Assembly: GCA_020137815.1 (NCBI GenBank)
Contig: CM035358.1
Span: forward strand, 3,100,001-3,164,000
DNA length: 64,000 bases
DNA from: Hormiphora californensis
Lineage: Eukaryota; Animalia; Ctenophora
Reading direction: 5' to 3'
Made by a program: the position numbers and the translations under genes
Notes under the pieces: model-generated
What the model was told of the DNA's origin: nothing
What the model saw: only the letters and a program-made list of their open reading frames with translations
Databases searched by the model: none
Part shown: in pieces, positions 1 through 12,038 of the stretch
Position numbering within the stretch: position 1 is the first letter of the stretch
Layout of the letters: every line of letters begins with the position of its first letter

Positions 1-21
1 TTTCTCTTCTTCTTTCTCTCT

Positions 22-92
<71 letters not shown>

Positions 93-130
93 CCTCTCTT
101 TATCTTCTTCTTTCTCTCTGTCTCTGTCTC
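1..130. repeat. (CT)n microsatellite; similar CT/GA tracts at about 6245-6340, 19593-19683, 20870-20935, 21990-22090, 25778-25859, 30577-30655, 31127-31186, 31670-31820, 31972-32098
   Basis: Directly visible dinucleotide runs. They generate the spurious SLSLSL/RERERE ORFs. Confidence 0.97.
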
Positions 131-2387
131 AATAATTACTATCACTAATCTTCCGCTTTTCGAATCTGTACTGATGATCTAAGGGAAGCAGTTTTCAGCA
201 GAATCAGACAAAATACTGACTAATTCGATCAGTAATTATGTGGTCAGTGGTTTCAATATATGGTCCTGACAGTACAATATATATTCACAAGTGTAAATAC
301 TAAAGTATAATTTGGCACGTGTCAACATGGTTGTAATATTTGAACAAAGTTGTGGTAATAAGATAAGTGAACAGAGAGAGGTAGATGTTTTCACAAACAA
401 TAAATGGAACAGGTTCTGTGACGCTGCTGTCCACATTCACCTAGCTCACATTAGCTGGTATTAATAAACGGGGATTCGCGGATTCGCGGATAATGTCCCG
501 GATCGCGGATAAAATCGCGGATAATTAATCCCGGATTGGATCGCGGATCGCGGATAAGTAATCACGGATTGCGGATCGGGGATAAGTGATCGCGGATTGC
601 GGATTGCGGATCGCGGATTGCGGATTGCGGATTGCGGATCGCGGATTGCGGATCGCGGATCGCGGATAAGTAATCGCGGATTGCGGATTGCGGATCGCGG
701 ATTGCGGATTGCGGATTGCAGATCGCGGATCGCGGATTGCGGATCGCGGATTGCGGATTGCGGATTGCGGATCGCGGATTGCAGATCGCGGATAGCGGAT
801 TGCGGATTGCGGATCGCGGATTGCGGATCGCGGATAAGTAATCGCGGATTGCGGATTGCGGATCGCGGATAAGTAATCGCGGATTGCGGATCGCGGATAA
901 GTAATCGCGGATTGCGGATTGCGGATCGCGGATAAAAAATCGCGGATAAAAAATCGCGGATAACGTTTTTATCTCTTTTTAGGCAACTTGTGGTCATTCT
1001 TAGGTGATTTTGATCGATTCCAGGTCATTTTGCTCATTTCTATGTCAATTTGGCCATTTCTGTACCATTTCTTGGCCACGTTGGTCAATTCTAGTTCATT
1101 TCCAGGTCATTCCTGTATATAGTGCATTGTGCTAGACCATTTTCGTGTGGATTTAGATGGTTCTAGGACACTTCGGTCACATTAGAGTCCTAAAAGTATC
1201 CAAATATACACATAAATTACTCGTAATTGACCAAAGTATATATGTCAATTTGGCCATTTCTGTACCATTTCTTGGCCACGTTGGTCAATTCTAGTTCATT
1301 TCCAGGTCATTCCTGTATATAGTGCATTGTGCTAGACCATTTTCGTGTGGATTTAGATGGTTCTAGGACACTTCGGTCACATTAGAGTCCTAAAAGTATC
1401 CAAATATACACATAAATTACTCGTAATTGACCAAAGTGTCCCAGAACCATCTAAATCCACACGAAAATGGTCTAGCACAATGCACTATATACAGGAATGA
1501 CCTGGAAATGAACTAGAATTGACCAACGTGGCCAAGAAATGGTACAGAAATGGCCAAATTGACATATATACTTTGGTCAATTACGAGTAATTTATGTGTA
1601 TATTTGGATACTTTTAGGACTCTAATGTGACCGAAGTGTCCTAGAACCATCTAAATCCACACGAAAATGGTCTAGCACAATGCACTATATACAGGAATGA
1701 CCTGGAAATGAACTAGAATTGACCAACGTGGCCAAGAAATGGTACAGAAATGGCCAAATTGACATAGAAATGAGCAAAATGACCTGGAATCGATCAAAAT
1801 CACCTAAGAATGACCACAAGTTGCCTAAAAAGAGATAAAAACGTTATCCGCGATTTTTTATCCGCGATTTTTTATCCACGATTTTTTATCCGCGATTTTT
1901 TATCCTCGATTTTTTATCCGCGATTTTCTATCCGCGATTTTTTATCCGCGATTTTTTATCCGCGATTTTTTATCCGCGATTTTTTATCCGCAATCCGCAA
2001 TCCGCAATCCGCGATTACTTATCCGCGATCCGCAATCCGCGATTACTTATCCGCGATCCGCAATCCGCAATCCGCGATTACTTATCCGCGATCCGCAATC
2101 CGCGATCCGCAATCCGCAATCCGCTATCCGCGATCTGCAATCCGCGATCCGCAATCCGCAATCCGCAATCCGCGATCCGCAATCCGCGATCCGCGATCTG
2201 CAATCCGCAATCCGCAATCCGCGATCCGCAATCCGCAATCCGCGATTACTTATCCGCGATCCGCAATCCGCGATCCGCAATCCGCAATCCGCAATCCGCG
2301 ATCCGCAATCCGCAATCCGCGATCACTTATCCCCGATCCGCAATCCGTGATTACTTATCCGCGATCCGCGATCCAATCCGGGATTAA

Positions 2388-5300
2388 GGGTACACCTGGC
2401 GTTTTTCATCATCGAGTGCCCAGGATAACGACTTCACCAGGGTTTAGGTCATACAAAATGGACCTCAAATATGCAATTTCAGCCCTGAAGTCGAATTCAT
2501 ATTTTTGCTACAGCCCATTTTCAAAGTGGCGTTTTCTCAAATTTTTTCGCAATTTTTGACCCCAGGACCACACTTTTTGAGATAGGAACATAAAATTCTG
2601 GGGATTTGAAGAGAATATGAAGGTAAATAAGCCTAAAGAAGGATTTTTGAAATGGAGCTCATTTATGGCCTTGAGAACGGTTTACTTTTTTACGTCTTTG
2701 ACACGCTGTCTGAGAATGTTCCCATGCTTCATTAGGGATGAAAATTTGGTGAAAGTTGCTCCTAACGATTGTCTATGTGGCCCAAAAATTTTGGAACTTT
2801 CCCGCCAAAAGTGTTACCTGCAGAGCCGAAATGGTAAGCCTAGTTTTCTGGCAGAAAATGCCCTTTTCCTTGCAAGACTTTTTGCACATTTTTTGCGATA
2901 GAGGCATGAAATTCGGGGAATTTGAAGAAAATAGCAAGGTAAATAAGCCCAAAGAAGGATTTTTGAAACGGACTTCATTTGTGGCCTTGAGAACGGTCTA
3001 CTTTCTCCTATCTTTAACGCCCTCTCCAGGAGGCATCCATGGTAAGTTAAGGTTAAAAATTGGTGAAAAGATGCTTCAAACGATTGTTTATTGGGTCCCA
3101 GAATTTTAACACCAACCCACCAAAGATGTTGTGTACAGAGCCAAAACTGTACACCTAATTGATGCAGATGTGACGAAACGCTATTTGGTCACGTCAAAAC
3201 ACATTTTCAGAGGTAGAAGCATGAAATGATGGTAATTTGAAGAGTATATAAAGGTATTTTGGACGAGATGAGTGAATTTTGAAATTGACCTCATCTCTGA
3301 CCATATTCCATGAGAAGGGTCTCCGGTTCGAATAAGGAATTAAAAAACAGCGGTGAAGCTGTGTATAAAAACCAATTGCACATTTTTTATTAGTTTCAGT
3401 ATAGAATTTGCTTGTCGTATATAGCTTTGGTATAATATGCAATGTTGGTATATAACATGTGAGGAAGGCTAAAAAACAGAGAGAGAGCAAAATCTACTCT
3501 GACCTACATAAAATGGCGGAGTATGATCGGGGAGTGGGACTGAGTACCACTGCCATGATTCAGCTGGATGCCCCACAAATTATACGGGGGAAACGGTTAT
3601 TTTTGTTCGACTTTGAGACTGGAGGACTGTTCAGGACATCAGACATATTGCAGGTCAGTATATGAGACAGTTTTCCGACTTATACTAAAATATTATTTCA
3701 TGTTAGCATTCGGAGCGCTCATGAACAGCCTGATTGAACAATTTGCACCTTCAGATTGGAGCAGTGGAGCTGAACATGGACACCTACCAGATAACAAGAA
3801 CCTTCACACAATATGTTACACCTACAGCGCCAATTCCGCCAGACGCCAGTGCCGTAAACAACCTATATTTAGTGAACAATGAATTGGTGAGGCGTTGGCC
3901 ACACCAGCTGGAAAAGCTCTCTACATTACCATTACGGCTAGCCTTAGCCGAGTTTATAGAATGGATATTCACAGGATGCAACGGTCAGGCTTTGTTGGTC
4001 GGCTACAACAACAATGCCTTCGATAATCATGTCCTGCTTCATCACAGTTGTTTGCTCGATGGACCGGTATTGGACAAAATGAGGAAGAACCTCTTCTTAG
4101 GTGATCTAATGAATGTCTTAGGTGTGCGTGGGTCACTTGCTAATGCTTTGGGTGGTAGTAGCCATAATCTTCATGACGCGTTGGGGGACAGTGAGGCGCT
4201 TGCATGTATAGTTAGAGACCGTAAGTTGGCGATAAAAAGTTTTACTTCCAAGACTGAAAGTTTTGAGTCATTGCGAGCACGGAAGAAGAATCCTCTCCTC
4301 AAAGCTGACCTTGTGACACCCGCTCTTGCAGCGAAAATGGAAACACTCATCACTTGTGATCAATACCCCGGATGAAGCAGCTGAGTGGTTGAAGGGGCTT
4401 GGGGCGACAGCCAGACAATTGAAATCCTGTTTAGAGAAACGGAAGTTGTACACAGCCCATGTTTAGGATAGTTTTCAATTTATTATGTGGTGAACTCTAG
4501 AATATTTATTCTCTGAACTCGTGATAGTGCTTCATAATATGAGTAGTGTGAGTGCATACGGTTGTTGACATTTCACCAATCTATTTTTTGCAATGAAATA
4601 CAAGTTTCATTTGCTATCAATCAAATTTGAAAGTGTCGAACCGGAGACCCTTCTCATGGAATATGGTCAGAGATGAGGTCAATTTCAAAATTCACTCATC
4701 TCGTCCAAAATACCTTTATATACTCTTCAAATTACCATCATTTCATGCTTCTACCTCTGAAAATGTGTTTTGACGTGACCAAATAGCGTTTCGTCACATC
4801 TGCATCAATTAGGTGTACAGTTTTGGCTCTGTACACAACATCTTTGGTGGGTTGGTGTTAAAATTCTGGGACCCAATAAACAATCGTTTGAAGCATCTTT
4901 TCACCAATTTTTAACCTTAACTTACCATGGATGCCTCCTGGAGAGGGCGTTAAAGATAGGAGAAAGTAGACCGTTCTCAAGGCCACAAATGAAGTCCGTT
5001 TCAAAAATCCTTCTTTGGGCTTATTTACCTTGCTATTGTCTTCAAATTCCCCGAATTTCATGCCTCTATCGCAAAAAATGTGCAAAAAGTCTTGCAAGGA
5101 AAAGGGCATTTTCTGCCAGAAAACTAGGCTTACCATTTCGGCTCTGCAGGTAACACTTTTGGCGGGAAAGTTCCAAAATTTTTGGGCCACATAGACAATC
5201 GTTAGGAGCAACTTTCACCAAATTTTCATCCCTAATGAAGCATGGGAACATTCTCAGACAGCGTGTCAAAGACGTAAAAAAGTAAACCGTTCTCAAGGCC

Positions 5301-5579
5301 ATAAATGAGCTCCATTTCAAAAATCCTTCTTTAGGCTTATTTACCTTCATATTCTCTTCAAATCCCCAGAATTTTATGTTCCTATCTCAAAAAGTGTGGT
5401 CCTGGGGTCAAAAATTGCGAAAAAATTTGAGAAAACGCCACTTTGAAAATGGGCTGTAGCAAAAATATGAATTCGACTTCAGGGCTGAAATTGCATATTT
5501 GAGGTCCATTTTGTATGACCTAAACCCTGGTGAAGTCGTTATCCTGGGCACTCGATGATGAAAAACGCCAGGTGTACCC
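2388..5579. mobile_element. Kolobok-like DNA transposon with 944-bp TIRs (2388-3331 and 4636-5579), TTAA target-site duplication and an exonuclease cargo gene
   Basis: TTAA(2384-2387)|GGGTACACCTGG...CCAGGTGTACCC|TTAA(5580-5583). The mirror arm of the host element has a single TTAA at the same position (empty site). RR..YY termini with a TTAA TSD fit Kolobok rather than piggyBac (CCY..RGG). Confidence 0.85.
3513..4375 (+). CDS. DEDDh (DnaQ-like) 3'-5' exonuclease, two exons (3513-3653, 3755-4375)
   Basis: A phase-0 GTCAGT...TTCAG intron (3654-3754) joins LFDFETGGLFRTSDILQ to IGAVEL. Exo I DxE (DFE), Exo II GYNNNAFD and Exo III HDALGD are all present. Confidence 0.88.
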
Positions 5580-5877
5580 TTAATTATCCGCGATTTTATC
5601 CGCGATCCGGGACATTATCCGCGAATCCGCGAATCCCCGTTTATTAATACCAGCTATTATTTATTGGATGTTGGCTATATTAAAATTTTTGGCAAATAAG
5701 ATATTAAAGTAAAGGGGGTGAGAACACTAAATAGAAACACATCAGTCACCATGTACTGGCTATATATTACTCAGCTCTACCAGTATCAACAGTATATAGC
5801 AGTACTGCAGCACCTCTAATGCAGCTCTACTATATAGCAGTAGTAGCAGCGATCATCTAACCCTATCAATCTTTCAG

Positions 5878-6244
5878 AGACAAACTCTACTGGCTCAGCT
5901 GAAACGAAATGAAGAAGATCTAGAGGTAAGTGCATATAATGGAGGAACCGTTCGTTATTTGTTAGATTCTAAACAAGACAACTGTGGAATATGTTAGAGT
6001 CTGACAACTGATCAGAGAAACTATTAGCGCCCCTGATATTATACTGTCCCATTCAGGCAATTAAAGTGGAGTTAGAGGTTCATGCTCGGTCAGAGGAACA
6101 GGATTATGAGAGGTAATAATAAGATGTCTCTCTTAGGGGAGAGGCGAGCGAGGAGAGAGGGATGGGAGAAAGAGAGGAGAGGAGCAGATCGGAGACTAGC
6201 AGATGAGCGATGAGGTATAGATCTCGATCCTCTTCTCTCCATCT

Positions 6245-6328
<84 letters not shown>

Positions 6329-7186
6329 ATCTCTCTCTACCTGAGTGGTTATACATTACTGGTCAGGTGATCGTGGAACCGACTAATGGTTGTATTCACA
6401 AAGGGGTTGCATTGACAATGAACAGTTTCATTGTGGCGAATATAGTGTGTTAGGGAGAGTGAGAGTGAGAGAAAGAGAGAAAGCTAATGCTTCAAAAGCT
6501 CATTGGCATTATCTTTCTTTCTCTTCTATTCTCCCCTTATTCTCTCCCTATTTTCTCCTTCTCTCCTTCGTCATTAGCTCATCTATTTACTACTTCAGCT
6601 AATTAAGGCTGAAATAAACTCGAAAATATCGCAATCATATTTGACCCATATTTTTTAGAAACAGTGTGATGGTAGAAAAAATGTACGCCTTCAAAATCCT
6701 ATTGCGAGTAATAACACATTACTATGAACAGTTAAGTTATTTGCTATATTCCCTAGGTTTTCAGATGTTCTTGAACGAAAGAGACGCGGTATTGCAACTA
6801 ACGGTATGTAATGAATCACCCCTTTTTAATCAAGAATTGGGTGTTCTAATGACAACTTGATACAGCGAAATATCTGGTTCCCTCCAATAATATCCAGCGA
6901 GTCTAACTTGTCTCAAGAATAGTCAAGCAATACATTATTTGTATAACCTCAACTTGATACAGGTGTTGCTACAGTGTCTGCTGGGGCTAACGAGGCCGCC
7001 GAACCTGCAGCTGTTGAAGGTAAGACACACAGACAGACAGACAGACTGAGAGTAAGACAGACAGGCAGACAGACATACAGACACACAGACACACAGACAC
7101 ACAGACACACAGACAGACAGGCAGACATACAGAAAGACTGAGAGTAAGACAGACAGCCAGACAGACAGACAGACAGACAGAGAGTA

Positions 7187-7242
<56 letters not shown>

Positions 7243-7255
7243 TGAGAGTCAGACT

Positions 7256-7286
<31 letters not shown>

Positions 7287-9698
7287 TGACAGACAGACAG
7301 ACTGAGAGTAAGACAGACAGACAAAAATACCGATAGTAAGTCAAACAGTGCAGACATACAGAAAGACACTAGAGAGTAATATTACTGTTGCTGACTTAGC
7401 CAAGCTTTGACACCCAAGAATTAATTTCAAATTATGGCTGGGATATTGCTCATTTTAGGATGGTTAACTTGTCGCGTGTCATAAGATAAACTGATTAAAA
7501 GCAAAGGTTTCAGAAATGATCGCTCTGGGAATTATAAAACGAAGGACGGATATATGTAAATATTACAAGAGTTACACAGCGACATGCATTAGGCAAAAAA
7601 GATCTAATCTTCTCTCGTGACGTGGAAGAGTAGTACACAGTTCTAATTTGCATAAAGTGAAGACAGTAATAGGGGGGGTTCCAACCTATTTGTTGTACGT
7701 TTGTACGGAAAAAAACACGGGTTTCCTCAAACAAAAAAATACAAAAAAATACAAAAAAGTACAAAAAAATACAAAAAAATACAAAAAAATAAAACGGGGT
7801 ATAAACGATTAAACAAAGCTTTTCTGATCGTTGAAACTTTAGTTTATGATCATAATTGTGTCATAAATTCCTATTAAACTGTGGTTTCATACAAAATTAG
7901 CAACTTTTTCTTATAATTGGTAGATAAAAACATGTTTTAATCATGTTTTAATTGTTCTTTATCAAAACACAAGGAAATATTCTATTCAAAATTTTCGAAA
8001 TCTGAATCAATGATGTTTACTTTTTCGAATTTCGAATGAAAGATAATAATTACACGACAAACGTTCCTAGGTGGTACATTAGGACAAAAGGAACCCGTCC
8101 ATGAACTTTTACTAGGCACCCACCTCCATAATTTGTTGTGCTTTTTTTTGTACTGTTTGTACGAAAAATTGGAATTTCTAAGAGAGAAAATCTTTCCAAA
8201 TCGAACTTTCTATCCAAGAAAGGGTGTCCCACTGTCTTTGCGTGACCTGCGATTACTGGTCATGACCGGGTTCCGTCAAAATAATCAAAACTTATCGAAA
8301 AATTGGTCAAAATGGTTCTAACAAAAACCAGTGTTCTAGAGAATTGTCTGGCGAACATTTTGGTTGCAAGATTGACGTTCCAAGTTTTACCAATCGTCAG
8401 ATATATCGTCCTAAAGTCAAAAATACGTGTTCAAGAAATCCGACCGGGGTTCACGCAAAGACAGTGGGACACCCTGTATTATCGAATCGCAATTTCTAAG
8501 CGAGAGAAATTTTCCCGAATCGCAATTTCTTACCGAGAAATTTTTTCGAATCGTATTTTCTAAGCGAGAAATTTCCCCAAATCGCAATTTCTTACCGAGA
8601 AAATTTTCTCGAAACGTATTTTCTAAGCGAGAAATTTCCTCGAATCGAAATTTGTTACCGAGAAAATTTTTCTCGAATCGTATTTTCTAAGCGAGAAATT
8701 TCCCCGAATCGCAATTTCTTACCGAGAAAATTTTCTCGAATCGTATTTTCTAAGCGAGAAATTTCCTAGCATCGCAATTTCTTACCGAGAAAATTTTCTC
8801 GAATCGTATTGTCTAAGCGAGATATTTCCCCGAATCCCAATTTCTTACCGAAAAAATTTCTCGAATCGTATTTTCTAAGCGAAAAATTTCCCCAAATCCC
8901 AATTTTTACCGAGAAAATTATCCCGAATCGAAATTAGTACCGAGAAAGTGATCTCCAACTGAGAAAATTTTCTCGTAATCGTAACGGTAATCTGAATTAA
9001 TGATTTCGTTTTTTAGAATTTCAAAAACGTGTACTTTTACACACTTTTTTAGTATGTAATTTTAGCAGGAAAATGGACGACAATGGAACTAAAAACGTTC
9101 ATATATATGATAGATGGTACATGAACATAAACGGAACCCAGCTATGTATTATTTATACTTTTATCAGGCACCCACATCCTTCATTATTTTTTTGTATTTT
9201 TTTGTATTGTTTGTATGGAAAAAAACAGGAATTTCGGATACTTTTATGTATGGTCCGTACAAAACCGTACAAAACCGTACAAAAAAATAGGTTGGAACCC
9301 CCCCCCAGTAATATGTAGAGCTATTAGAGAAAAGACGTCATATGAAATTCTGGCAGGGCAGAAAAGTAATATAGTCTTTCTCATTTGGAGGAGGGAGAAT
9401 TCTTGAAAAAAAGAACGTGGTTATTACTTATTTAGACATGCATATGCTGAATAACGTAATGGGACACTACCAGGCACAAGTTTTAATGGGGGTACATTTG
9501 GACAGGTGCCACATACTAAATTTCTCTCTGAAACTTGGTGTGAAATTAACTGACTTTCCCACGTTCAAACTGTAATCACATTGTTAGGTGATACAGGTGA
9601 TACAGTTAGCATGTCATTGAGAAGTCGCCTTAGTGAGAAAGTTTTACAGGATGCACCTTTACCTGCCACCATCAAACCTGTCAGTGGTATGTACTGTA

Positions 9699-9739
<41 letters not shown>

Positions 9740-12007
9740 GCCTGTCTGTCTGTCTGTCTGTCTGTCCTTATCTGTCTGTCTGTCTGTCTGTCTGTTGATT
9801 GATCGCCTTCTCCTCGAGCTCTGACACCCATTCCCCATCCCTATCAATAACCCATGTATCACTGTTCTACCTCTCTCAGGCGACCAGAAGATAGATAACT
9901 TTGTGCCGGAGGGAAAGTTGGATAGCACGTTCCTGTCTGATACTGCACCCAGTCCCCGTAGTAGCCCCCGTCCAACACGAGCAAAGATAAACGATGTCCA
10001 GATATCTGATAGGTAAGGAAAAGGCTGCTTTACAAAAGGGGACACCCTTTAATTATAATTTAATTATAATTGCCGGGCAATCTTGATTATTATATTATGA
10101 TATGCATATTTGAAATGGGAACTTTCTCTGCTTACTAAGCAGTGCTTAGCCTTAGCTTTGTTTCCAATACCCCCCCCCCAGTGCTTCCAACTATTATCCC
10201 CCACAATGTATAATACCCCCCCCCCCACAATGTATAACACCCCCCCCCCCCCCCAGTGAGGATGAGGGTGTGAACCCCCAGGTGACACTGGACCAGGAGA
10301 GTCCCGATGAGGGCGACATGGTTGTCGTATACAAGATACCTGTAGAAGAAGATGAAGAGAGTAGTGAAGGAGAGGAAAACCCAGCTATCATGTAGGTTGA
10401 CATCTTGTTTAGTCTTGTTAGTAGGGTCGGTTGTGGGAAGTTGGGTCTGGAATTTTAAATTTGACTTGCTGATATGATTAGGGACTCTATAAAAAGTCCA
10501 AAGTACCATCCCACAGGTCTCTACCACCCCCGGTTCACTAATTAGCCGTAATTATGTGATTTATGACGTTATCGCCAATTAGCACTAATAATACCAGTTC
10601 CTGGTCACTTAGAGCTTAGATTTTGATACCAGCTGATAGAGGATCACTAGATTAGTGGGCATTCAAAATTTTAGGTCGATCGGAGTTATGGTCGAGGAGT
10701 TATAACCGTTTTTCCGTTTGGCTGGCGGTTGGCTGGCACCACGTGGGATTACGGGTTTAGGTCGTCGTGGGAGGTCGTCATTGGTCGCGTTCGATCGGGC
10801 TCGATGAGGTGATCAAAACCTAGTGGGGCCAGACCTTGGCCCCACCCCGTTCTTGGGTTATTAGGCTTTTTCGGTTTTGGCGGGAAAATATTTTGGCGGG
10901 AAACCGAAAAAGCCCAATAACCCAAGAACTGGGTGGGGCCAAGGTCTGGCCCCACTAGGTTTTGATCACCTCATCGAGCCCGATCGAACGCGACCAATGA
11001 CGACCTCCCACGACGACCTAAACCCGTAATCCCACGTGGTGCCAGCCAACCGCCAGCCAAACGGAAAAACGGTTATAACTCCTTGACCATAACTCCGATC
11101 GACCTAAAATTTTGAATGCCCACTAATCTAGTGATCCTCTATCAGCTGGTATCAAAATCTTAGCTCTAAGTGACCAGGAACTGGTATTATTAGTGCTAAT
11201 CTGTTATTATTAATGCTGTCCTGTACCAATTCAATAAAATACAAGGTCAGCTACCAATTTGGTTAACAAAGTCCAGACGTTTTGTTTTTCCAAAAGTCAG
11301 GAGGCGTGAGAGGTTTGTTAAATCATTACAGATCAAGCCTGTGGGAGTGAGAATTTATACGAAGTAACCAAGTCACATAGCTGACATGACATATGCTATT
11401 CAGTGCTTTATAAACAGTGCACCGTCCATTCTACAATGTTGGTGTCGTGTTAATTATACTCTCTCGCGCGGGACGTTCAAGACGTTCTAAGCCATTCTAA
11501 CCCTCCCCCATCTCTCTCTCCAGGGTGGACGAGGATATTCCAGATCCAGTAGTGGTCCCAGCTCCTACCCCTGCTGCTCCTGCTTCTACTCCTACCCCTG
11601 TCCCTGTTGCCGCTCCTACCCCTGTTGCCGCTCCTACTCCTGTTGCCGCTCCTACCCCTGTCTCCGCTCCTATCCCTGTATCTGCAACTTGCAGCGAAAC
11701 GCCCTCACCAGCCCCAGAGAAGGAGGAAGAATTCCAGACTGCCCCTCAACCAGTAGTCCTAGAGGCAGCTCCCCTGCACTCCATTGACCCACTAAACCCG
11801 GGATCCAATGCCAGTCCGATCCGATCAGAGTACGACATGGTCAGTGAGGGTAGTGACATTGTGACGTCATCAAGCATGGTGAAGGTGGAGCTAGTTAAAA
11901 AGGAAGAGGAGGAGGAACCTGCCGTGCAGTTGGAGCTGAATTTAGATGTCTTGGAGAACATATCAACAGCTCCACCCATTAAAACACGGGTAATTAGTGG
12001 ATATGTC

Positions 12008-12038
<31 letters not shown>

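Larger units (their letters stand above)
454..5654. mobile_element. Non-autonomous foldback (palindromic) DNA transposon, about 2 kb by itself, interrupted by a nested element at 2388-5579
   Basis: TA|GCTGGTATTAATAAACGGGGATTCGCGG at 454 is the reverse complement of CCGCGAATCCCCGTTTATTAATACCAGC|TA ending at 5654. The arms are mirror images made of GCGGAT(T/C) hexamer arrays plus two ~197-bp tandem units per arm, with the centre near 1380-1430. Confidence 0.9.

Noticed and set aside
461-2559. ORFs with SAIRNP/RIADCG repeats
   Set aside because: Translations of the hexamer arrays in the foldback arms, mirrored on both strands.
2617-5350. 94-aa and 117-aa ORF pairs in the TIRs as a possible transposase
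   Set aside because: They are duplicated only because the TIRs are. No DDE or THAP motifs are recognisable.
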